Shown: piece after piece, positions 13,501-25,500 of the stretch
Layout of the letters: every line of letters starts with the position of its first letter
How positions within the stretch are numbered: position 1 is the stretch's first letter
Assembly: GCA_004431415.1 (NCBI GenBank)
Contig: QPMI01000535.1
Location: forward strand, 124,001 to 188,000
Direction: 5' to 3'
DNA: 64,000 bases
DNA from: Cyanophora paradoxa CCMP329
Taxonomy: Eukaryota; Plantae; Glaucophyta
Position numbers and translations under genes: made by a program
The notes under the pieces: generated by a model
Told to the model about the DNA's origin: nothing
Seen by the model: the letters and a program-made list of their open reading frames with translations, nothing else
Database searches by the model: none

Positions 13501-16500
13501 CGCCGAACGCGCGCGAGGCCGCCGCGACGGAGCCCGAGGGGCACGCCTGGCACGGCGCCCCCTCCGACGCCTGGAATGAGCCCGGCGGGCAGTCCACGCA
13601 CGCCCGCCGCTCGCCGTTCGCCACCGACCCTGCGCCGCCCGGCCCGTCAGCCCCAGCGGGCTGGCGCACGTGCTTGTGCTCGGCCCGCCGGCGGCGCACC
13701 CTGGGCGCAGGGGCTGCAGGCGCCCTGGGTGGCCTGGTCGGGAGCGACGGCCCCTGCGGGACACTGCGCGGCGCCCCGGGCCGCTCAGCGGGCGGCGGGT
13801 ATCGCGGTTTCGCGGCTCACGCTGTCGTGCACCGGGGCGCAGAAGGGGGCGTCGTCGGGCCGGTACGAGCCGCTGGGGCAGGGCGTGCAGGAGCGGCGGT
13901 CGGGCGCCGAGACGTGGCCTGCCTCGCACGGCTCGCACTGCCCGAAGGTGGCGGCCGAGGGCGCCTTGGTCCCCAGCGGGCACTGCTGGCACGAGCTGCC
14001 GGCGTCGGCCTGGTAGCTGCCGGCCGCGCACTCGGCGCAGCCCGTCCGGTCGTCCCTCGCCACCGTCCCTGCCCGCGGCGCGAGGTCGGTCGGTCGACCT
14101 CGACAGGCGCTGGGACCGTTCTTCTGCGCGACGCGAACCGTTGCGGCAGGGCAGGCAGACGCTCGAGCCTTGGGACTGCGCGTGGGTGCCCGCGGGGCAC
14201 TGCGAAACAAAATCAATTCGTGGGCGGCTTCGTCGGCGAATGGAGCGCGGGGCCGGCGCTCACGGGGATGCAGATGGGGCTCTGGTCGGGCCGGTACGTC
14301 CCCGCGGCGCACGGCTCGCAGCGGTCGCCGGTCTCTGCCGGCACCTGCCCCTCCGGGCACCGCGTGCAGTTCGTCGCCCCGAGGCCGCCGGCGACCGCGT
14401 TCGGCGGGCAGTCCTGGCACGCCGCCCCGCGCGACGGCTGGTACATCCTGCCGCCCCGCTCGCCCGCCCGGCGCCGCGAAGCAGCGCGGACCGGCGCCCC
14501 CGCGCACCCGACGGGGCAGGGGATGCAGAGGGTGCGGGCGGCGTTGGGGGCCTGGCCGAGCGGGCACTCCTCGCAGGCGCCGAACGCGCGCGCGGCCGCC
14601 GCGACGGAGCCCGAGGGGCACGCCTGGCACGGCGCCCCCTCCGACGCCTGGAATGAGCCCGGCGGGCAGTCCACGCACGCCCGCCGCTCGCCGTTCGCCA
14701 CCGACCCTGCGCCACCCGGCCCGTCAGCCCCAGCGGGCTGGAGCACGTGCTTGTGCTCGGCCCGCCGGCAGCGCACCCTGGGCGCAGGGGCTGCAGGCGC
14801 CCTGGGTGGCCTGGTCGGGAGCGACGGCCCCTGCGGGACACTGCGCGGCGCCCCGGGCCGCTCAGCGGGCGGCGGGTATCGCGGTTTCGCGGCTCACGCT
14901 GTCGTGCACCGGGGCGCAGAAGGGGGCGTCGTCGGGCCGGTACGAGCCGCTGGGGCAGGGCGTGCAGGAGCGGCGGTCGGGCGCCGAGACGTGGCCTGCC
15001 TCGCACGGCTCGCACTGCCCGAAGGTGGCGGCCGAGGGCGCCTTGGTCCCCAGCGGGCACTGCTGGCACGAGCTGCCGGCGTCGGCCTGGTAGCTGCCGG
15101 CCGCGCACTCGGCGCAGCCCGTCCGGTCGTCCCTCGCCACCGTCCCTGCCCGCGGCGCGAGGTCGGTCGGTCGACCTCGACAGGCGCTGGGACCGTTCTT
15201 CTGCGCGACGCGAACCGTTGCGGCAGGGCAGGCAGACGCTCGAGCCTTGGGACTGCGCGTGGGTGCCCGCGGGGCACTGCGAAACAAAATCAATTCGTGG
15301 GCGGCTTCGTCGGCGAATGGAGCGCGGGGCCGGCGCTCACGGGGATGCAGATGGGGCTCTGGTCGGGCCGGTACGTCCCCGCGGCGCACGGCTCGCAGCG
15401 GTCGCCGGTCTCTGCCGGCACCTGCCCCTCCGGGCACCGCGTGCAGTTCGTCGCCCCGAGGCCGCCGGCGACCGCGTTCGGCGGGCAGTCCTGGCACGCC
15501 GCCCCGCGCGACGGCTGGTACATCCTGCCGCCCCCGCTCGCCCGCCCGGCGCCGCGAAGCAGCGCGGACCGGCGCCCCCGCGCACCCGACGGGGCAGGGA
15601 TGCAGAGGGTGCGGGCGGCGTTGGGGCCTGGCCGAGCGGGCACTCCTCGCAGGCGCCGAACGCGCGCGAGGCCGCCGCGACGGAGCCCGAGGGGCACGCC
15701 TGGCACGGCGCCCCCTCCGACGCCTGGAATGAGCCCGGCGGGCAGTCCACGCACGCCCGCCGCTCGCCGTTCGCCACCGACCCTGCGCCGCCCGGCCCGT
15801 CAGCCCCAGCGGGCTGGCGCACGTGCTTGTGCTCGGCCCGCCGGCAGCGCACCCTGGGCGCAGGGCTGCAGGCGCCCTGGGTGGCCTGGTCGGGAGCGAC
15901 GGCCCCTGCGGGACACTGCGCGGCGCCCCGGGCCGCTCAGCGGGCGGCGGGTATCGCGGTTTCGCGGCTCGCGCTGTCGCGCACCGGGGCGCAGAAGGGG
16001 GCGTCGTCTGGGCGGTACGAGCCGCTGGGGCAGGGCGTGCAGGAGCGGCGGTCGGGCGCCGAGATGTGGCCTGCCTCGCACGGCTCGCACTGCCCGAAGG
16101 TGGCGGCCGAGGGCGCCTTGGTCCCCAGCGGGCACTGCTGGCACGAGCTGCCGGCGTCGGCCTGGTAGCTGCCGGCCGCGCACTCGGTGCAGCCCGTCCG
16201 GTCGTCCCTCGCCACCGTCCCTGCCCGCAGAATGAGGTCGGTCGGTCAATCTCGACAGGCGCTGGGCGCTTTTCGCGGGGCGAGGCGGACCGTTCCGGCA
16301 GGGCAGGCAGACGCTCGAGCCTTGGGACTGCGCGTGGGTGCCGGCGGGGCACTGCGAAACAAAATCAATTCGTGAGCGTCGTCGGCGAATGGAGGGCGGG
16401 GCCGGCGCTCACGGGGATGCAGATGGGGCTCTGGTCGGGCCGGTACGTCCCCGCGGCACACGGCATACAGCTCCTGCGATCGTCCGCCGAGATGTGGCCC

Positions 16501-19500
16501 GGGGCGCAGGCCGTGCAGTTGCCGAAGCTCGCCTCAACAGACGTGAATGTTCCAAGCGGACAGGCTTGGCACGTTGCTAGCTCTGAAGGCTGATATGTTC
16601 TGCAAGGCATTGACATTCGAATTCATATTCAGTTTGAAGCGCAAGTGTTATTTAATCGAACTTGGGTTTCGAATTCGCACCCAGCCGAGCACTTCCTGCA
16701 CTCCCGCCGATCGGCCGACGCGACCTCGCCCCTCGCGCAGGGCCTGCAGCGCTCGAACGTTTGCGGAGCGTCGGCCACGGAGCCGGCCGGGCAGTTCTGG
16801 CAGTCGGCGCCCGGGTACGGCTGGAACATCCTGCAGCGCGACGCCTGCTTCAGGCGAAGCCGAGAAGTAGTGTAGCTGAAGCGCCGACATCGCACCCTGG
16901 GGAGCACGGATCGCACGACGACCTCGCGGGGGTCGATGCGCTCCCGTTCGTGCAGACGCCGCAGCCGCCGAACGTGCCGCTGCTCGACGAGGCGGTCCCG
17001 AAGGGGCAAAGCTCGCACGGGCCGCCCGGGTACGCTTGGAAGCGCCCGACGTCGCACGGGCGGCAGTCCACTCGGCTCTCAAGCGATTCGTGCCCTAATG
17101 TTTCCACGTGAGCGAAAAAATTTCAAATTATGATATTCAGATTCGACAAAGACTTAGAGAGATCACCCAGGGGGCATTGCGCGCAGGAGCCATTTCCGTC
17201 GGAGCGAGTCCCGTAAGGACACTGCAAATTTAAATAAAGTCGTCAAAAAAGAATCACAGGTCATAGCAGGAGCGGCCGCGCACGAGGACGCAGGAGAGGC
17301 CCCCTTCGGGCGCGTGCTCGCCGGGCCCGCAGGGCGTGCAGCCGTCGCGAGTGTCCTCCGGGACCTGCCCCGGCTGGCACCGCCTGCACTCCCCGTACGC
17401 CCCGAGGCCGGCGAAGGTCCCCAGGGGGCACGGCTGGCACGGGGCGCCCCCGGAGGGCTGGTAGAAGCCCGCCGCGCACTTCTCGCACGCGAGCCTCCCC
17501 GGCGTCGAGACGGAGCCGGGCGGGCACGGCAGGCACGAGCCGTTCAGCTGCGTGCTGGCGACGTCCGCAAAAGTTCCCGTCGGGCACTGCAGGGTTTCGG
17601 TCGCGGAATTCAGAGAATGCGAAAGTGGCCAAGACACACCTCAACGCAGCGAGTGCCATCAACGGGCAGGTAGGACCCACGCGGGCACTCGGTGCATGAG
17701 CGACGGTCGGGAGCCGACACAGTGCCAGACGGACAGGGCGAGCATTCGCCGTAGGTGCCGTTTTGGGGCGCGAAAGTCCCGAGCGGGCACTCCAGGCAGC
17801 CCTCGCGGGGCCCTGGCTGATACGTCCTGCAAACAAATATGTCAGACGGCTCTCGTTGAGACAATTAGGGGGAATTCAAAAGTGCACACCCGGGCTCGCA
17901 GGGCGTGCACGATCCTCCGTCGCTTGAAGGCGCACTTCCCGGCTCACATGCAGAGCAGTTGCCGAGCGATCCTGCACGCGATTGTAAATATAGTGGTGAT
18001 ATCGATACAACGCCGCGGAAATTTGCACCACGTACCTCTCGGAGCGTAGAGGTACGGAGGGCACTGAAGGCAGATCGTCGCTCCGGCCCGAGGGAGGTAG
18101 AAGCCGGCTGCGTGAAAGGCGCGATAAGCTGGACTGCGTGATAAGCAAATTTGCGACACAGCAGATTCGCACGGTCGCATGGTAGGCATGGAGAGGTCCA
18201 GGCCTGAGACGGAGTGTACGCATGGTCCAGACTGCGCGCGCAAGCGATCGACGCTGGTTCGTTACACGTGCAACGATCAGCAATCAGTGCAGTTTTACCA
18301 TTTCGCGCAGCCTGCCGCCTCGTCCATCCCGAATCTGGCGTCACCGTTACCGAAAGCGATGAGCTGCGCGCAGGCTCACGCACGTATTTTCCGGGCAGTC
18401 GGTGCAGGCCGACGACGCGTTCGCAGCAAAGGTTCCGGCCGGACACGGGATGCACGCAACGCTCCCGGTCGGCGCGTAGTGGTGCTCGGGGCACACTCCC
18501 GCCTCCTCAAGGGATAGCAGGCTGCATTCCCGTGAGCCCGCGCCAAATGTAACGAAAGCTGGCGGGCTCACCCCGTTCGATTGGAGGAGTACCCGCCAGG
18601 CAGCGGCACACAGTCACCAGCGTCGAGGCTGAAAATGCCGCCCGCAAAGCAGTCCGTGCGCACGGTGAAGACTTCGGCGCTGCACACGGGGGTTTAGTAC
18701 GTACGTATTTCCAAGTTCCAAGTCAGCCCGTAATTAGAAATATCGATGCATGCCTGCGGTGCGTGAAGAAGGCGAGGCGTCGCGCCCCCAGCTGCGCGTT
18801 CGTCGCGTTCGGCCTGTCCTCCGGAACCAGAACTCCTCTGTGCCAGATCGAGCATCAATCTCAGAACTGAGCTTTAAGGTTTTGCACATGGAGCCTACCG
18901 GACGCCGGGGACGAAGCCTTTGACGACGACGACGGGCCCCATCTGCTCTCCGTCCGCGTTGAAGACCTTAAGGAGCTCCGACGAGTTGGCGTAGAGCCGC
19001 GAGAAGTCGATCTGGCGAAGAAAGGTTGCATTATATCTATTTTAGCTGCCGCAAGTTGTATCAAATATTTGCTTGCACCTTCTTGCCCGTGATGTCCACG
19101 TCGATCTTGTCCGACGCCATCCCGTCGCCGAACGGGGCCGACATGGCCTCGCGCGCGATGAAGAGCGAGCCGTCCTGGTAGGCCACGGCCCCGACGCTGT
19201 ACCACCGGCGCCGGGAGGGCGCCCAGCCCTCCTCCTCCGTCAGCTGCAGGGTTCCCGCGAGGGGCCCGCCGAGGGCCGTCATGTCCTCCCGGCTCGACGC
19301 CTCCGGAGGCCGGCTGCAAAGTAAATTAAGATTGACATGTCAGCTATGAAAAGGGCTCAAGCGTGCTTGCTGAAAATACCTGAAGCGGATGAGGGTGTCT
19401 CCGATGACATAGAAGCCGAAGCGGGGGCCGTCGGCGTAGACGCCCTCTAGGCCGCCGTACCCCGCCGACGCGTAGCGGGGGACGGCATTCTGGGCGATGA

Positions 19501-22500
19501 AGCCGTCGTCGAGGTGCAGGGACGCGTTGTAGAGGGGGAGGACGGCGTCGAGGGTGGCGGAGCTGGAGCTCGCATCGGAAGAGGCGGTGTGGACGCTCCA
19601 GGCCATGCGAACCACTGAATGAATTACTGTTCCCGGCAGGGGAATGTCTCCACGAAGATGGGGGCTGTCAAGTTCTGAAATAATTGTGTTCAATGCATCT
19701 CCTAGATATGGTCGCAGTATTGACGTCATCGCAGTTGTAACTCCAAGCGTTGCTGCATCCGGAAAAAGCGGAAAGCGAACAATGGCGCGAAGTTGGAGCG
19801 GCAACATTGGATTGGCTGGATCAGAACGCGGCTCTGGACTCAGCACATGGACAGTCGGAACAGGCGGGTAGGAAACGGAGTATCGCTTGAAGAGCGTTGT
19901 CGGGAACATCGGCGAAGAGTTTGTGGAGTGACTTGCGGGAAGAAGGTGTGCGTATCTGGCTGCGACAGACTCGCTGAAATTGGCAGGCTCAAATACGTCG
20001 AGAGGGAGTTGAACGGTGCCGGTTCCAGCGCAGAACCGCAAGTCATAAGTCGGTACATAACTGTCCATCGTAAGCACGAACTTTTCAAACTAAATCATTG
20101 TATGTTAAATCATATGCGTGATCACCTGTGCGAATGCGCAACAGAGCTTGGAACTGTTGGTGCGCTCATTAGCAAACGACGATTCGAAGTTTGCGTTGGC
20201 GTGCTTCCAGCGCACGGATCCCCGGATTTAAGACCACTGCATGTTCGAACCAGATTTTGAGGTCCACCAGTGGACGTGGATCTTAAAGATGTTGCGGCTA
20301 CCACACAGCAACGTGGTTGGTCAGTGCTGCTGCCGGGACAGCAAGCAAGTGTTTGGAGGCATCGGTTTGGATCCCATGAATCCGAATCGCAGAACTTTGA
20401 CGAGCACCGTGATGAGACAATAGGTCGCTGCAGCTGAGAAGGCAACGAACAGGCAAAAGAACTAGATTCTCCACACGTATAAGCACTTTCCAGAGATGCA
20501 GTGCCCCCGTAAAAACAGCATGTACTCTGATGTGGACCGGATGCGCATTCACCCCTGCAATTGGCAGGCGCCATGCAAGTTCCGCCATCCAAATAACATT
20601 CCGAAGCTCGTTTGCATTCGTGAAAGCCGCAGACAGTCTTGCAGCAGCATGCGGCACAGCCTCCGCACGCGCTCTCGGAAACCATCGCCCCTCCAAGACT
20701 CGCACATTCACGCCAGGATCGACAGCTGGGGAAGGCCTCTGCGTAGAGACCGCCCGGAGGAAGCTGGCAGCACACGCTTGAGCACGAAAGTGGAAGATTG
20801 ACAAATGTGACAATCTCTCTCGGTATCGGTGCTGCAGGCGGGGTATAGTCGTAATCTGAGCACGTCTCCGTGCATCCAGTAGAAACGACAGAAGTGCCGG
20901 TCGGGCATGGAGCCTGGGCACAGCTGTAGTTCGACACTATAGTACCTGTGGTCATGCTGAACCCTTGCGACATGCAACACACGTGATATACACGGCGAGG
21001 CACATAGTCCGCGCAGCCAGCGCCATCTTTGCCGAGGTTTCCTGGAGCAGCACAGCTATCACGATACCAATTTGAGCCGTAGCCGGTATTGCGCCAGCCT
21101 GCTCCTGAAGGCGGCGGGCTGCTCACGGGTACGTTCGAATACTCTAGTGAAGACTGGTGACTCCATCCGTTGGGACACAAATTACTCCATCCGGAAGAGT
21201 CCCAAGGGATCCATTCGGGGTTCTTGCTGCACATGTACGAATACGGCTCGGTTTGTGTGCGGCAGCAAGAATAGGATGGAGTCGGTTTGTAGTATTCGCA
21301 GCTTCCAAAAGAGAGGACGGAGCATACGGCATCATCAGTTGGTCCTATGGAGCTCGAGCCCTGTGAGCTGTACGCGTAGGATCCGTCCAGGATTCTGGGC
21401 ATGCACTTTTCTCGGGGCTGGCAGGTGAACGAAGTATGCGTACTGGAACTTGTGCCGGAACCTGTAGTACTAGTATAGTTGCAGCAAACGTACTCGGGAG
21501 GCTGCGCTGTCAGGCACCCTCCTCCACCGTTGCAAATCCCGTCCCACGCAGGTGTCGGATACTTTCCAGTAGCGTTGCAACCGGTGCCCCACATGCACTT
21601 GAAAGTGATGCCTGGGTCTCGGGGGTCGGACCGGCAACAGTGTAGTCGAGGGGTACTTGATGAGACTGCCGGAAGAATGGCGCCGCAGATAGAAGTCGAA
21701 GATGACGAAAGCGTGGAGTCAGCCGTGCATGTTCTCCCTGAACTTCAAGCTTGGGCAGACGCGTGGCAGGAGCAAGCTGGGGGCCCGGCCCCCCAATGTC
21801 CCCGCTGGTTCTGCGATGCTAGTACCCTCAACTCGCCGAGCTGGCCAGGAGCGGATCGCGGCGAAGACGCCCTACTGGTTATGGCAGCTGCAGACTATAT
21901 CGCCTCGGGCTACATCTCACGCATGACCGGAAACGCCCCCGGCAAACTATCGCGTACCATCCTCCCGGCAATTCGACTGCGATACGCCGCTGCCCTCTAC
22001 CTTTCAGACCTCAGCCTCACAGGACAAGGCTACAAACCACCGAAGCCCTCTTTCCCTGCCGACTGGACCGGGCCCACCCACCCACATGACTTGGATCAGC
22101 TGCATCCGTCTGCGACGCCGCCTCAACCGGAGCCCCCGTCGGCACCAATATTCGGCTCTGTCGCGGCACCCGCACTAGCCGACCCGCCCTCACCGGTGCC
22201 CACAACACGCTCCGTGTCTCCTCCCGCCTCACCACCCTCGGGGCAAGCAGGGGCGCCGAACCATCAGCTACCGCCCCCTGTACCGCCCCTCCCCCGAGCT
22301 CTATCAGAAGCCGAGAAGGCTCTGCTTCCCCAAATTCGCATCTGCTGGGGTCCAGCCCTCAACCGAGGCGACCATGCAGCGGAGAACGCCATCATCGGGC
22401 TCCCACGTGCTTGCATTACGACAGACAGCCGACCCTCCCGATCGCCTGCCCCGGACCTCTACGTCGCAGACCTCGCTCGCCTCTACACAGATCTAGACCT

Positions 22501-25500
22501 ACCCCCCGCACCTAGGGATGGGCGAGCTCGGACTATTGCAAGTGCACTTCCCCGTGGAGTCTCGGACCGTGTGGTTGATGCCTTCTTCGATGTCCTGGCA
22601 GCCCGTCCCGTGTGCCGTGGGGGCGACGTTTGCTTCCTTCCTACCGCGATCTCCACGGTCGGTGCAGGCGCCCAACCCCACACCCTGAACCCAGCACAAG
22701 CCCTGCAATATCTGCCGCCACGGCCACTACGGTCGTACCGCATGGTTTTCTTCCCTGCTCTGGTCCCGTCCCGCCTCCCGCAGCGGGAAGGCGACTCGGC
22801 CGACCACTGGGTCCTCCTTCTCATTGCCCCCAGACAACGCTCGATCCGAATCTACGACGGCGGCAACCGAAGCCGACCCGACCGAACAGCCCTCGGCCTT
22901 GACCTTGTCAGAATCTGGCTTCGAAGGGATGACGAGCCCTTCGCCCCGCCTCTCTGGACATCCTTCTCGACAGACGCCTGTGACGGCCCCATCCAGATTG
23001 CCCGCTCCTCCTGTGGGATCCTTCTCCTCATGACAGCCTACGTCCTCTCGGGTGACCCGTCGACGCAACGCCTCAGCACACTCATCCGGGACTTCCCGGA
23101 ACGGCTTCGGACCTACACCCATTTCATTATACTTGCCCTTTACCTCGGCACCACTGAAATAGGCTCCGCACCTTTCCCCCCGGATCAGCTCGCGTTTGCG
23201 ACTCCAGAAACAGCATGCGTTCCAACGCTCGGCAGCCGGCGCCGGCGAACGGTGGCAACCTTGCACCACGGTGGCATGCTGCCGACGCCGCCTGACTCTG
23301 AAATCGACGACGGAGGCGAGACCCGCTTAACACTCGAGGACAACTGGCAGGCAAGCGACAGCGAAGAGGACTCCCTCGTTGCTCACTCCTGCCCTCCCTC
23401 GCCAACGCTCATCACGTTACCAGATCCGGCAGCAGATCCCCGCCAAAATCAGACGAGGCCGCCTTCGCCCAGGTCGTAGGAAAACTGCAAAGAGAACGGA
23501 GGCTGCATCTGCCTCGCGCCGAGATTCTCTCTAACCTTACCCGCCCGGCATCGCTCCGCGCAGCTGAGGTTGCCACCCTCGCCGAAGAGAACTCAAAATC
23601 GCCCCCACCGGCCCCTGCGCCTGCCCCGACCAAGAAAGACCGGGCGCGAGCCCGCCGGGCGCCGGGAGCGGAACTGGTACCCAATCCAGCGTACGACTGC
23701 TACAACGACCAGGCCGATCGCCTCGCGAAAAGCTGCAACGATGGGCCTTTCCCTGCCCTTCTATACCTCCCCGCAGGATGCGGGTCCACCACCCCGCTCA
23801 TCCGCTATGGCACCAAGCCTGGCTCTGCGGAGCTACCGACCGGCACAGAGAGATACGCCGGCCACCTCTTGGCGTACCGCGTGAACGGAGACCCGCGCAA
23901 ACACATGGACGAGGAAGCCCACCTCGTGGATTTCATTCAGTGGAGCTGTCAACTCGAAGCTGGTAGACTCCTGCGCTTCACTGGCGGCCAAATCGACGCT
24001 GCTCTCTCCCTCATGTCCGCACACCGCAAAGATGGACGCCGCAAGACCCAAGCCGGGGTTCAGCTTCGCGCGACGCGCTCGAAACTGCTGACTGCATCTC
24101 TGGCCACGCTGCGAGTCCGTGCTCGCACGCGCCCGGACATCTATGCGGCAATCTGCCCCGAGGGACCGATTTGCCCCCGCTGCCGCCTCGCAGAGGAAGA
24201 CTTCGATCACATCTGGGTATGCCCTGCTGCTGCTACTGCCGTCAACGTCTTTCGCCTAGCCGCCCGCGAACACGTCCTTAAACACGTGATGAAACACAAG
24301 CCGACGGGACTTCGCAGCTCCTGGGACTCGCTATTCCCCTTCCTACTAGACCCTGGCATGTCCAGCCCTCCGCTCGAGTTCGCTCCGGATTGCCCACTGG
24401 GCCAGAAACTAGCTATTCTCGAAGCAGCCGACCTCCTTCATCAATTCGAATTTCGCGCTCTCTTCCAGCTTGTCGCCCCGCAAGGAATTCACGTCCTACT
24501 CCGAGCCTTCGGAGTTCGAACTCTAGCTACGACCTCGCAGCAAGCAGTGAATGGATTGGTGCAACTAGCGGACGAACATGCACGGACCATCTGGAAAACC
24601 CGCTGCGACGCAGTCATAGCCTGGGAACAGGAACACGGCATCACGTCGGGCAAAAAACGCACCAAGCGGGCTAAGGCCTCAATGCTGGCTCAGGTCTCTG
24701 CTACGCCAGCCCCGGCACCAATCCCTCTCAACCCGACTACCCGATGCCCCTCGCTCGAACGCCAACAAGTCACGGTCACGGAGTACCTCGGCGGGGCAGC
24801 TCCTGCCCTGGCGGCCGAGCTGGCGGCGTTCACCTGGAAGAAGCTGGAAGAGGAACCTACTCAACAGCCCCCCCGACGTAGCGCCCGCCTCCGCGAACTC
24901 GACGCACGACGCCCTCGCTGCGACACCTGCGGGACAAGCTTTGCCTCCGCCCGCCGGTGCCTCCGCCACCTCGCTACCGGTCTCTGCGTCGACAGCGCAG
25001 CGGGAGTCGGCTTCCAGCTAGTCCGCAATCCTAGCCCCTCCCAGCCCACGTCCTCGACGACCGACTTGGAACTACCCCTTCTCTACCCCCGCAGCCCCCC
25101 GCCCGCGTAGCGAAACGGCCTGCAGTCACGCCTGCAGCACCCCGACATCAGCTAAACGCTTCAGAGACGAGCACGGGGCCCCGCAACACCCGCCACCGTC
25201 CACCAGCAGGCCTCCACCCGTTGGCTCCAAACGCACGGTGGAGGATGACGTTACAGCCCCGGCCTCCAGCGCCAAACGTCGCCCAGGGATAACACCGTCA
25301 GAGCCGCCGAGCAGCAAACGCAAACACGCACCGGCCCTCGGAAGCCTCCAGGACAGAAACGCGGCAAGCGTGACGCCTCAGCCCGCCACCGGACCCCATT
25401 CCGGGGCTCCCTGAGGGCTCCATCTTTAAATTCTTCGCCCCAGGCGAATGGAAACCGACGGCAGAAACCACTCTGCGGCCGCCTAGCGAGCGCGCCCCCG

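Noticed and set aside
13095-16235. 1046-aa plus-strand ORF and its neighbours
   Set aside because: Antisense shadow of the GC-rich Cys-repeat exons; the meaningful CxxCPxG frames and splice signals are on the minus strand.
21479-21728. N-terminal 83 aa of the 666-aa Ulp1 ORF as part of a standalone SUMO-protease gene
   Set aside because: This part lies outside the element (up to and including the TSD) and is antisense host exon; the ORF is intronless and inside a LINE.
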